Source of the DNA: Olsenella sp.
GTDB taxonomy: Bacteria > Actinomycetota > Coriobacteriia > Coriobacteriales > Atopobiaceae
Direction of reading: 5' to 3'
Length of the DNA: 38,610 nt
Assembly (NCBI GenBank): GCA_017941585.1
Contig: JAGAWD010000174.1
Location: forward strand, 1 to 38,610
Numbering within the stretch: position 1 is the first letter of the stretch; the number at the start of each line of letters is the position of its first letter. Shown piece after piece: positions 27,696-36,160 of this stretch. The translations under genes and the position numbers were made by a program. The notes beneath the pieces were generated by a model. It ran no database searches. It saw only the letters and a list, made by a program, of their open reading frames with translations, and was not told the origin of the DNA.

Positions 27696-29702
27696 CAGTG
27701 CGAAGTCAATCTGCCCGCGCGCGGGGCTTGCACCCACCACTGTCACGGCTACGCGCTTGCCCGGCCTCCATGTCTTGCCGCTCTCCTCGCCCGTGAGGCA
27801 GAAGCGCTTCTCGTCGAAGTAGAACCACTCGTCCCCCAGCTCGCGCACGGGAAGCAGTCCCTCGGCGTAGGTGTCGTCGAGCATGACGAAGAGCCCGTAG
27901 CGCTCGCAGTCCACGACGATTCCCGAGAAGCTCTCTCCGATGCGCGACTGGTAGAGCTCTGCCATCTTCACCTTCTGCGTCTCTCGGGACGCGCGCTCCG
28001 CCAGGCGCTCCATCTCCGACGAGGTGCGGCAGAGCTGGGGCAGCGCCTTCGCGATGGCCCCCTGCTCCCGCCCGTGCGCGCGGCCCTCGAGCTGCGCGCG
28101 CAGCGCCCGGTGCACGATGAGGTCGGGATAGCGCCTGATGGGCGAGGTGAAGTGGCAGTACGCCTTCGCGCCGAGGGCATAGTGACCCTCGTTGTGGGGC
28201 AGGTAGACCGCCCGCTTCTGCGCACGCAGCAGCACCGAGTTCACGAGAAACTCCCCCGTCTGGCCGCGCGCGTCGGAAAGCGCCGCACGAATGGCGAAGG
28301 GATCGCCGGCCACTATCGCATCCGCACGGCCGCCTCCGGCGACCCCCTGCTCGCGCAGGATGGGCAGGGTCTCCGCAAGGTCGTCGGGCGAGGGGCGCTC
28401 GTGGACGCGAAACGCCGCCGGCGCGTCGGCCTGCGCGAGAAGTGCCGCCACCGTCTCGTTGGCAACGAGCATCGCCTCCTCAATCAGGCTCGTCGCCCGC
28501 GTTCGCTCGCGAACGAGCACGCCCGTCGGCGAGCCGCTCTCGTCAAGGAGGACCTTGGTCTCCTTGGTCTCGAAGTCGATCGCGCCGCGGCGCATGCGCA
28601 CGGCGCGCCTGAGGCCGGCAATCTCGTCGAGCACGCGCAGGGACTCGGCAACGCGGTCGCGGGGGCCCTCCTCGCAGGATAGGTCGCAGGGCTCCACGGC
28701 GCCGGACAGGAGTCGGTCGACCGTGTCGTAGTCGAGCCTGGCCCGCGAGCGAATGACGGCGGGAAACGCCTCCGCAGAGCGCACCTCCCCAGCCGCATCG
28801 AGGCGCATGACCACGCTCATCGTCAGGCGGTCCTCGCCCGGGCGGAGCGAGCAGAGGTCGTTGCTAAGGCGCTCGGGAAGCATGGGCAGCACGCGGTCGA
28901 CCAGGTAGACCGAGCAGGCGCGGCGCTTGGCCTCGTTGTCGATCGGGGTGTCCCAGGCCACGTAGTGCGAGACATCGGCAATGTGGACCTCGAGCTCGAA
29001 TCCATCGTCCAGACGCCGTGCCGCCACGGCGTCGTCGAAGTCGCGCGCGTCCGTGGGATCGACCGTCACGGCACACGACGAGCGCATGTCTCGCCGAAGG
29101 GGGTCGCCGAGAAGCGCGTCCCCCACGTCCTCGCTCATCCCTTCCGCCTGGGCGATCGCGGCCTCGGGAAAGGCGGTCGCAAGGCCCAGCGACGCGATCA
29201 CGGACTCGACGTTGAGGTCGAGCTCGTCGGCAGAGCCCCTGCGGCTCTCGATGGTGACGATGCCCGCCCCGTGGCGCGTCGGGTACTCGAGGATGCGCGC
29301 CACGACGACGTCGCCGTCGGACACGCCCAGCTCCTTCGGGCTCTGGTCGTCGGGCACGACGAAGAAATCCCTGCGCATGCGTCCGTCGAGCGGCACGACC
29401 ACGCCTAGGGGCTCAGCCCACTCGAACGTACCGACGAAGGACGACGTGGCCCGCTCGAGGACCGTCTGAACGAACGCCACGCGCGCGCCGTTGCGCGAAA
29501 GAACGGTGGCGCGCACCTCGTCGCCGTCCATCGCCTCGCGGATGCCGCCCCTGGCCACAGGAAACGTCCCCTCGGCGGTCGTGATGTCGGCCACGCCCGG
29601 CCGATGGATCCGGATGGTCCCCGTCAGGACGGGGAGTGGCTTTCGCGTGTTCGCGTGAGGGCCGCGTCGATGGCCGCCGCCACGGGCATGCTTCTTTCCC
29701 AC
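27681..29702 (-). CDS. rnr: Ribonuclease R
   Basis: TVDPTDARDFDDA catalytic motif, VHIADVSHYV, PMLPERLS, IEEAMLVAN, YCHFTSPIRRYPDLIVHR and a C-terminal S1 domain. GTG start after AGGAG. Confidence 0.96.
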   Translation of the reverse strand: MGKKHARGGGHRRGPHANTRKPLPVLTGTIRIHRPGVADITTAEGTFPVARGGIREAMDGDEVRATVLSRNGARVAFVQTVLERATSSFVGTFEWAEPLGVVVPLDGRMRRDFFVVPDDQSPKELGVSDGDVVVARILEYPTRHGAGIVTIESRRGSADELDLNVESVIASLGLATAFPEAAIAQAEGMSEDVGDALLGDPLRRDMRSSCAVTVDPTDARDFDDAVAARRLDDGFELEVHIADVSHYVAWDTPIDNEAKRRACSVYLVDRVLPMLPERLSNDLCSLRPGEDRLTMSVVMRLDAAGEVRSAEAFPAVIRSRARLDYDTVDRLLSGAVEPCDLSCEEGPRDRVAESLRVLDEIAGLRRAVRMRRGAIDFETKETKVLLDESGSPTGVLVRERTRATSLIEEAMLVANETVAALLAQADAPAAFRVHERPSPDDLAETLPILREQGVAGGGRADAIVAGDPFAIRAALSDARGQTGEFLVNSVLLRAQKRAVYLPHNEGHYALGAKAYCHFTSPIRRYPDLIVHRALRAQLEGRAHGREQGAIAKALPQLCRTSSEMERLAERASRETQKVKMAELYQSRIGESFSGIVVDCERYGLFVMLDDTYAEGLLPVRELGDEWFYFDEKRFCLTGEESGKTWRPGKRVAVTVVGASPARGQIDFALAGKA

Positions 29703-29721
29703 AAGAGCTCCTATCTGCGAG

Positions 29722-29755
29722 AAGGGCGGCGCAACCGTATGGCCGCGCCGCCCTT
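29722..29755 (-). terminator. Stem-loop between ftsX and rnr
   Basis: AAGGGCGGCGC/GCGCCGCCCTT 11-bp inverted repeat about 10 nt upstream of the rnr RBS, without a real U-tract. Confidence 0.45.
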
Positions 29756-29780
29756 GGCTTCGTGTGTCACCCGTCCGGTT

Positions 29781-30707
29781 CTAGACCTTGAGGTAGCGCC
29801 TCATCGCGATCATGGAGCCGAAGAATCCGAGCAGCATGCCTATCACGACAAGCGAGAAGTACGTGAGCAGCAGCGTGTTGAGCGGCATCTGGAACGCGAG
29901 GAACTGGAGGCTGCTCTGGATCCTCGGAAGGACTATCGCCATGCCGACGTTGAGCACGATCACAGCGAGGATGGAGCCGATGAGCGCCTCGAGCAGGCCC
30001 TCGGTCATGAACGGCCCGCGGATGAAGCTGTTGGAGGCGCCGACGAGACGCATGATGGCAATCTCGCGGCGGCGAGCTGCGATGGCCAGGCGAATCGTGT
30101 TGTTGATGAAGACGAACGCGATGAACGCCAGGAGCCCGACGAGCACGATCACGCCGACGCGCAGCACGGACGTGACGCTGAAGAGTCTTTCGACCGTCTC
30201 GCGACCGTACTGGACCGACGCGGTAGGATCGTTCGGGTCGTCCGCGACGGAGGCAAAGTCGGAGTCGCCAATCAGTTTGTTGGCAACCGACTCGACGCTC
30301 TTCGGGTCGGAAAGATTGATGACGAGCGAGGCGGGAACGGGGTTCTCGCCGTCAAGGGCGGCGACGGCATCCGCGGCATTGCGGTTGCTCATGGTCTCCT
30401 TGTACTCCTTGAGGGCCTCGTCCTTGCTCTTGTAGGTGACGCTCTCGACGTTCTCCCAGCCCTTGACCTTCGCCTGAAGGGCGTCGACGCTCTCCTGCTT
30501 GGCGTTATCGGAAAGGAAGGCCTGAATCGTGACGCGATCCTCGACGTTGCCGACGATGTTCGCAAGCATGACGGATCCGATCACGAACAGTCCGATCACG
30601 AAAAGCGAAAGGAAGATGGTAACGATTGCGCCGAGGACCGTGGACCAGTTCCTGCGGAAATGGCGGCCGGCCTCGCGAAGCGAGTAGCCGATGTTAGATG
30701 GCACCAT
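29781..30707 (-). CDS. ftsX: Cell division permease FtsX
   Basis: YSLREAGRHFRRN, extracellular loop with NPVPAS, and INNTIRLAIAARRREIAIMRLVGASNSFIRGPFMTEG. Overlaps the ftsE stop. Confidence 0.96.
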   Translation of the reverse strand: MVPSNIGYSLREAGRHFRRNWSTVLGAIVTIFLSLFVIGLFVIGSVMLANIVGNVEDRVTIQAFLSDNAKQESVDALQAKVKGWENVESVTYKSKDEALKEYKETMSNRNAADAVAALDGENPVPASLVINLSDPKSVESVANKLIGDSDFASVADDPNDPTASVQYGRETVERLFSVTSVLRVGVIVLVGLLAFIAFVFINNTIRLAIAARRREIAIMRLVGASNSFIRGPFMTEGLLEALIGSILAVIVLNVGMAIVLPRIQSSLQFLAFQMPLNTLLLTYFSLVVIGMLLGFFGSMIAMRRYLKV

Positions 30708-31779
30708 AGTAACCGTACCCTCCCCTCTCCTGGTCGCGCACGATGTGCCCGGCCTCCAGCGCGATGACGCGCTTGCGCATGGAGTCGACCATCTCGCGGT
30801 CGTGGGTAGCCATGACCACGGTCGTGCCCGTACGGTTGATGCGATCGAGCAGCCTCATGATGCCGAGCGAGATTGCGGGGTCGAGATTTCCCGTAGGCTC
30901 GTCGCACACCAGAAGCGGCGGACGGTTGACCATCGCTCGCGCGACGGAGACGCGCTGCTGCTCACCGCCGGAGAGCTGATCGGGATAGTTGTCCATCTTC
31001 TCGGCAAGGCCGACGAGACGCAGCGTCTCGGGAACCTGCGCCTTGATGACGGCACGGGGCTTGCCGATGCATTCGAGCGCGAAGGCCACGTTCTCATACA
31101 CCGTCTTGTCGGGCAGAAGCTTGAAGTCCTGGTAGACCGTGCCAATCTGGCGACGAAGGTAAGGGACCTTCCTGTTGCGAAGCTTCGTCAGCTCCTGGCC
31201 GGCGACGATGACCTGGCCGCTCGTCGCGCGAAGCTCGCGCGTGAGGAGCCTGAGGAACGTCGACTTGCCCGATCCGGAGTGCCCCACCACGAAGACAAAC
31301 TCACCGGGGTAGATGTCGAGGCTGACGTCCTCGAGGGCGGGCTTGTTAGGTTGGGCCGGATAGATGAGTGTTGCGTTTCTGAGCGAGATGGTCGGCTTTC
31401 CCGTGTGCGGGATGGGCGCCGCGCCATCGTTTTGCAGGGGGGCGAACACGCTCGTGTAGCCCGGCTGCGCCGTCAGGTCACTAGACCCCGACGCCTCCGA
31501 GACGACCATGGATGCCGGCTGGGCCTGCGGTTGCGGCTCCTCCTCATACTGAGCCGCGCCTTGGTACCCATCGGCAACTGGTGCTCCCGCCGGTTCGGAA
31601 GGCTCAGGCACCGTGAAGTGATCGGCGCTGTAAGAGCTTCCGTTCGGTTCCTCGGTCGGTGCGCCAGCGCTATAGTCGGGCGCGTTGACAGCCGAGCCTA
31701 TGTCCTGCGGAGTCACCGGGTCTTGGAACGTCTGCTCCTCACCCTCCTGCCGCTCGCTGCTGCGAAAGTGGTTGGCCAC
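30694..31779 (-). CDS. ftsE: Cell division ATP-binding protein FtsE with long N-terminal extension
   Basis: GHSGSGKST, YLRRQIGTVYQDFKLL, LSGGEQQRV, DEPTGNLDP and MATHD. GTG start at 31779 with GAAGGAG RBS. Confidence 0.94.
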   Translation of the reverse strand: MANHFRSSERQEGEEQTFQDPVTPQDIGSAVNAPDYSAGAPTEEPNGSSYSADHFTVPEPSEPAGAPVADGYQGAAQYEEEPQPQAQPASMVVSEASGSSDLTAQPGYTSVFAPLQNDGAAPIPHTGKPTISLRNATLIYPAQPNKPALEDVSLDIYPGEFVFVVGHSGSGKSTFLRLLTRELRATSGQVIVAGQELTKLRNRKVPYLRRQIGTVYQDFKLLPDKTVYENVAFALECIGKPRAVIKAQVPETLRLVGLAEKMDNYPDQLSGGEQQRVSVARAMVNRPPLLVCDEPTGNLDPAISLGIMRLLDRINRTGTTVVMATHDREMVDSMRKRVIALEAGHIVRDQERGGYGYYGAI

Positions 31780-31962
31780 AAAAGCTCCTTCTTCTACAAA
31801 AAGCGAAATTGACAGTATCCATACATGATACACATGGCGCAGGAATCTGCACTAGCGCCGCGCTCATACGCACAGAGAAACCAAAGGTAGGAAAAGGGCG
31901 CGATCAACTCCTGACCGCGCCCCACTCTGGCAATTGCGAGAAATCGCCCTTCGGTAGGGAGG

Positions 31963-32643
31963 TTAGCCCTCGACAACCTTCTTCCAGTCTGCCGCGAACT
32001 TCTCGAGGCCCTGGTCGGTGAGCGGGTGGTGCACGCAGTTCTTGAGTGCGCCGAAGGGAACCGTAGCGATGTCGGCGCCCATGAGGGCCGCCTGGGTCAC
32101 GTGGTTGGGGGTACGCACGGAGGCGGTGATGATCTCGGGGCCGCCCTCGGCGTCCCAGTAGCCGTAGTCGTAGTTCTGGACGGCGTTCACGACGGTCTCG
32201 AGCTGGGCGAGTCCGTCGTCTCCGATGTCATCGAAGCGGCCGACGAAGGGCGAGATGTAACGAGCGCCGGCGCGAGCGGCGAGAAGCGCCTGCGGAGCGG
32301 AGAAGACGAGCGTCATGTTGACGCGAACGCCCTCGGCGGCAAGCGCGTGGCACGCGGGAAGGCTCTCTTCGCAAATCGGAAGCTTGACCACGATGTTGGG
32401 AGCGAGTGCGGCGAGCCTCTTGCCCTCGGCGATCATCTCCTCGGTCGTCTCGGCGGTGGACTCGGCAGAGACGGGCAGGCCATCGCAGATCTCGCAGATC
32501 TTGACCATGTGGTCCTCGAAATCGGCCAGCTTACCGCCGGTCTTGGCATAGAGGCTCGGGTTGGTCGTGACGCCCGAAAGCACGCCCCAGCTTGCGGCCT
32601 CGCGAATTTCGTCGAGATCGGCAGTGTCGATAAAGAACTTCAT
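31963..32643 (-). CDS. tal: Transaldolase (short TalC/MipB family)
   Basis: FFIDTA, GVTTNPSL, VSAE (Glu), VVKLP (Schiff-base Lys) and YISPFVGR. Phe at the SPF position and Glu in VSAE favour transaldolase over fructose-6-phosphate aldolase. Confidence 0.9.
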   Translation of the reverse strand: MKFFIDTADLDEIREAASWGVLSGVTTNPSLYAKTGGKLADFEDHMVKICEICDGLPVSAESTAETTEEMIAEGKRLAALAPNIVVKLPICEESLPACHALAAEGVRVNMTLVFSAPQALLAARAGARYISPFVGRFDDIGDDGLAQLETVVNAVQNYDYGYWDAEGGPEIITASVRTPNHVTQAALMGADIATVPFGALKNCVHHPLTDQGLEKFAADWKKVVEG

Positions 32644-33023
32644 GCGCTCCCCCTTCGGTGGAAACTGATGCTACATGCGTTGGCCCAACGAGCGGCGCCC
32701 GTCGAACCCCATAGTGCCTACCATATCGCTAATTGACCAGAAACCGCAATCCTTTTCTGCATACGTCCCCCTGTTCGGGGCGGGCGTTGGAGACGGCGAG
32801 ACGAACGCGCATCGCCGCCGCACAGCAACGCGCTCCGGCACAAAATGAGGTCGAGCGAGCGCGACGAGTGAGCGGTCGGAGATCTCGGTCGATGACACGT
32901 CTGGACCGTTCGGATAGCCACCGGCCGCGCCATGCGCCGGGCTCTCGGCCCGGCAGCTGCACTCGGGGCGGTTTTGCGCCGAGGCACCATGCCAGGCAAA
33001 TCAACCAGAAGTTTTGTAGAGAC

Positions 33024-33050
33024 AAAAGGCCGGACGAAGAACGTCCGGCC
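33024..33050 (-). terminator. Intrinsic terminator after PTS IIB gene
   Basis: Minus strand GGCCGGACG-TTCTT-CGTCCGGCC-TTTTG. Confidence 0.8.
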
Positions 33051-33142
33051 AAGAAGCACCATATGTGCCGGAGCCGTTGCTCGCCCGCGCCACTTGTAAA
33101 CGCGCGGGCGATCGCAGTGGCGGCGTCAGCGACGTGCGCGGG

Positions 33143-33442
33143 CTACTCGCCCTTGACGGAGGCGAGGAACTCCTCGAGCTGCTCCTTGATCTCCTTCTTG
33201 TCGACGATGTTGCGAATCGATGCGACGTGAGCGATCTTAGCATCCTCGCGAAGCTCCTCGGCAAGATCGGACATGGTGATCACGAGGTCGCCGTCAAAAT
33301 TCATAAGCGCGTCGAGGTTACCCTGCTCGCAGGTGATGGGGTAGCCCTCCTCGTTGATGACCTGGTCACACTTGACCTTAAGCATCGCGGAGGAACCCAT
33401 GCCAGCGCGGCAGCAGACGAGAGCACGATACGTTTCAGACAT
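33143..33442 (-). CDS. PTS sugar transporter IIB component (ascorbate/galactitol UlaB-like)
   Basis: LVCCRAGMGSSAMLK phospho-Cys loop. TAATG overlap with the IIA gene. Confidence 0.9.
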   Translation of the reverse strand: MSETYRALVCCRAGMGSSAMLKVKCDQVINEEGYPITCEQGNLDALMNFDGDLVITMSDLAEELREDAKIAHVASIRNIVDKKEIKEQLEEFLASVKGE

Positions 33443-33897
33443 TACAGACTCCTTTCGATGTTGCGGATAGCGTCCACAACTTCCTTTGGCGACGAAGCGC
33501 TATCTAGAGCGGAGAAGAACCGCTCGTCTGACAGTAGCTCAACGAGCTCGGCGAGAACTTGGAGGTGTCCATCCGAGCTCGTGGCACTCAGGGGAAAGAG
33601 GTACTTCACGGGGTCGTTGTCCTTGGCCCCGAAGACAACGGGGTCCTTGAGAACACACACGCCGAGCGCCGCCCTGTGCGCACCCGACTCCGGGCGGGCA
33701 TGGGGAAGCGCAACGTGCTTGGTTACGACGAAATAGGGGCCATACTCCTCTGCGCCGCGAATGGCGTCGTCGACATAAGACTCGGAAACTGCGCCCTGGG
33801 CGACGAGAGGCGCCATGGACTTGCGCACGGCATCACGCCAGTCGGCGGCCTCGACTCCGACGCAGACGCACTCGCCGTCGAGAAGATCGCTCAGCAT
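33442..33897 (-). CDS. PTS sugar transporter IIA component (UlaC/Ntr-Mtl-type IIA)
   Basis: DWRDAVR, YGPYFVV..HVALPHARPESG (phospho-His), PVVFG and HLQVLAEL. Confidence 0.92.
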   Translation of the reverse strand: MLSDLLDGECVCVGVEAADWRDAVRKSMAPLVAQGAVSESYVDDAIRGAEEYGPYFVVTKHVALPHARPESGAHRAALGVCVLKDPVVFGAKDNDPVKYLFPLSATSSDGHLQVLAELVELLSDERFFSALDSASSPKEVVDAIRNIERSL

Positions 33898-34125
33898 AGC
33901 CCCACCCCTTTGGCATCGACATCATTCGGCTCACGCAAAAAGCGATTTGCATGGCATCGCAAACCAATGTGCAGCTATAGGATGAATCTCATTGTGCCCA
34001 GAGTGAACGAGATGTAAAAAAGCCTCATAACGTCTACGAAAATCACTCATTTTTGTTTAGATTGACCACGTTATAGAGGCCAAGTTGCATACGTCATAAC
34101 CAGCTCGAATAGAGGCAATCGAGGG

Positions 34126-35046
34126 TTAGATGGATCCTATTCGCCCAAAGCCCTCGCCAAAGGCCTCGTGCACGTCCGAGACGATCATGATCGCGTCAGG
34201 GTCGACCTCCGCCACGATTGCCTTAAGCCGCGTGGCCTCAGCGCGGCCCAACACGCACATCAGCATGGGACGCTCCTTGCCGCTCCACACGCCCCTTGCC
34301 TGAAGCTCGGTACAGCCGCGTCCCATCTTGTAAAGAATCTCGTTGGCGATTTCCGCATGCATGTCCGAAACTATGTATGCAACACGTGCCGTACGAGGGC
34401 CGTCGACCACCATGTCAATCACTATTCCGCTGATGTACAAGGCGATGCCCGCGTACAGGGCGTTACCGAGCGAGAACACCGGAATAGAGGCCAAGACGAT
34501 CGCGCCATCGATCAGGATACTCAACGTGCCCAGCGGAAGGCCTGTCGGCCTTGCAAGCAGCTGGGCGATGATGTCGGTCCCGCCCGTGTTGCCACCCGAA
34601 AGAAAGACCAGCCCTATTCCCACACCGACAAGCACGCCACCCCAGACGGCAGATATCAGAAGGTCGCCCTGAGCGGGAACCGGCACGATGGGGGCAAGCA
34701 GGTCAGTAAAGACACCAGACACAATAATCCCCGCAATGCTACGCGCCACGTATCTCCCGTCGCGCGTCCTGAGGACCACGTAGCCCAGGAGCAAGACGTT
34801 GACGGCGATCGTCTGAATGCCGACCGGCAGCGTCAGGCCAGCACGCGACGCAAGGGCGGAGGAGATAGTCGCAAGGCCCGTGATTCCGCCGGCCGCCAAG
34901 CCGTTGGGAACCTCGAAGCAGTCCAGCCCAAGGGCGTAGACAAACGAGCCTAGTGCGATGAGGAAGCCCTCCTTCGCGATTCGTCGCCAGTCATGGTTCC
35001 GTTCGCGAATCTGCCCCCGCCCGCGGCGGTGATCGAGACGCTGCAC
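34126..35046 (-). CDS. YitT family membrane protein (DUF161/DUF2179)
   Basis: PNGLAAGGITG, GGNTGGTDIIA, GRGCT..GVWSG and DPDAIMIVSDVHEAFGEGF. Abuts the prfB stop. Confidence 0.92.
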   Translation of the reverse strand: MQRLDHRRGRGQIRERNHDWRRIAKEGFLIALGSFVYALGLDCFEVPNGLAAGGITGLATISSALASRAGLTLPVGIQTIAVNVLLLGYVVLRTRDGRYVARSIAGIIVSGVFTDLLAPIVPVPAQGDLLISAVWGGVLVGVGIGLVFLSGGNTGGTDIIAQLLARPTGLPLGTLSILIDGAIVLASIPVFSLGNALYAGIALYISGIVIDMVVDGPRTARVAYIVSDMHAEIANEILYKMGRGCTELQARGVWSGKERPMLMCVLGRAEATRLKAIVAEVDPDAIMIVSDVHEAFGEGFGRIGSI

Positions 35047-36159
35047 CTATGCCTTCCCCTCGCCGACGCTCCATCGATGGTATGCAATCACAAAGGAGTC
35101 AAGGTCCCCGTCCTTGAGGACGGCGTCGACGTTGCCCGTCTCGAGTCCCGTGCGCGTGTCCTTGACAAGCTGAAAAGGATACAGGACGTAGTTCCTGATT
35201 TGGTTTCCAAAGGAGATGTCGTGCTTGGGGCCACGCAGCTCTTCGAGCTCAGCCTCTCGTCTCTCACGCTCCATCTCAAAGAGGCGGCTCTTGAGAATCT
35301 GCATGGCAGCCGCCTTGTTCTGAAGCTGGCTTCGCTCGTTCTGGCAGGTGACGACCGTTCCGGTTGGCAGATGCGTGATGCGAACGGCAGAGTCGGTCGT
35401 GTTAACGCCCTGCCCACCAGGGCCAGAGGCATGATACACGTCTATCCGCAGATCGTTCTGGTCGATCTCGACCTCTATGTCGTCAGGGAGGACGGGCAGC
35501 ACCTCGACGCCGGCAAACGTCGTCTGCCTCCGCTTCTTGGCGTCCGTCGGCGAGATGCGCACAAGTCGGTGAACACCCTGCTCGGCCCTAAGCATGCCGT
35601 AGGCGTTCTTGCCCGAGACGGTAAACGTCGCGCGGTCAAGACCGATGACCTCGGCGGGAGGAGCGTCGTTCACGTCGACCTTCCAACCCCTTCGCTCACA
35701 GTAGCGCTGATACATGTGGAAGAGCATCTCGCACCAGTCCTGCGCCTCAAGGCCACCCTGCCCAGGCGTGATGGTCACGATGGCGTCGCCGTGGTCGAGG
35801 TCGTCGGTAAACCAGCTTGAGAGCTCGAGTTCCCCCAGATCACGCACGAGCGCGTCACGAGTGCGCGCCGCCTCCTCGAGAAGGGACTCGTCACCCGTCT
35901 CCTCACCCAACTCGAAGGCGGCCTCGACGTCGTCGAGCTTTGAGCGCGCGGCGTCGATACTCTCCACGTCCTCTCTGGCGCGTGTGAGCCGTGTCATGGT
36001 CTTGCTCGCAAGGTCAGCATCGTCCCAGAACCCGGCGGCGGCGCTTTCAGCCTCGAGACGAGACACCTCCTCACGGCGGTCTTCTATATGCAAGTATCCT
36101 TCGACGTCATCGAGACGCTTACCGAGCGCCTCGATGTCCGACCTGGAAATCTCAGCCAT
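35047..36159 (-). CDS. prfB: Peptide chain release factor 2 (no programmed frameshift; SPT motif)
   Basis: GFWDD, GGLEAQDW, GVHRLVRISPTD, SGPGGQGVNTTDSAVRITH, FGNQIRNYV and LDSF. ATG 1 nt after the secA stop; single open frame. Confidence 0.96.
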   Translation of the reverse strand: MAEISRSDIEALGKRLDDVEGYLHIEDRREEVSRLEAESAAAGFWDDADLASKTMTRLTRAREDVESIDAARSKLDDVEAAFELGEETGDESLLEEAARTRDALVRDLGELELSSWFTDDLDHGDAIVTITPGQGGLEAQDWCEMLFHMYQRYCERRGWKVDVNDAPPAEVIGLDRATFTVSGKNAYGMLRAEQGVHRLVRISPTDAKKRRQTTFAGVEVLPVLPDDIEVEIDQNDLRIDVYHASGPGGQGVNTTDSAVRITHLPTGTVVTCQNERSQLQNKAAAMQILKSRLFEMERERREAELEELRGPKHDISFGNQIRNYVLYPFQLVKDTRTGLETGNVDAVLKDGDLDSFVIAYHRWSVGEGKA

Positions 36160-36160
36160 C

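Noticed and set aside
32671-33062. Short ORFs in the tal-PTS spacer (75-114 aa)
   Set aside because: No RBS support or motifs, they cross the terminator, and they do not resemble PTS IIC.
36060-36110. Programmed +1 frameshift in prfB
   Set aside because: No CTT-TGA site; the frame is continuous through GYLHIED, as is common in Actinomycetota.
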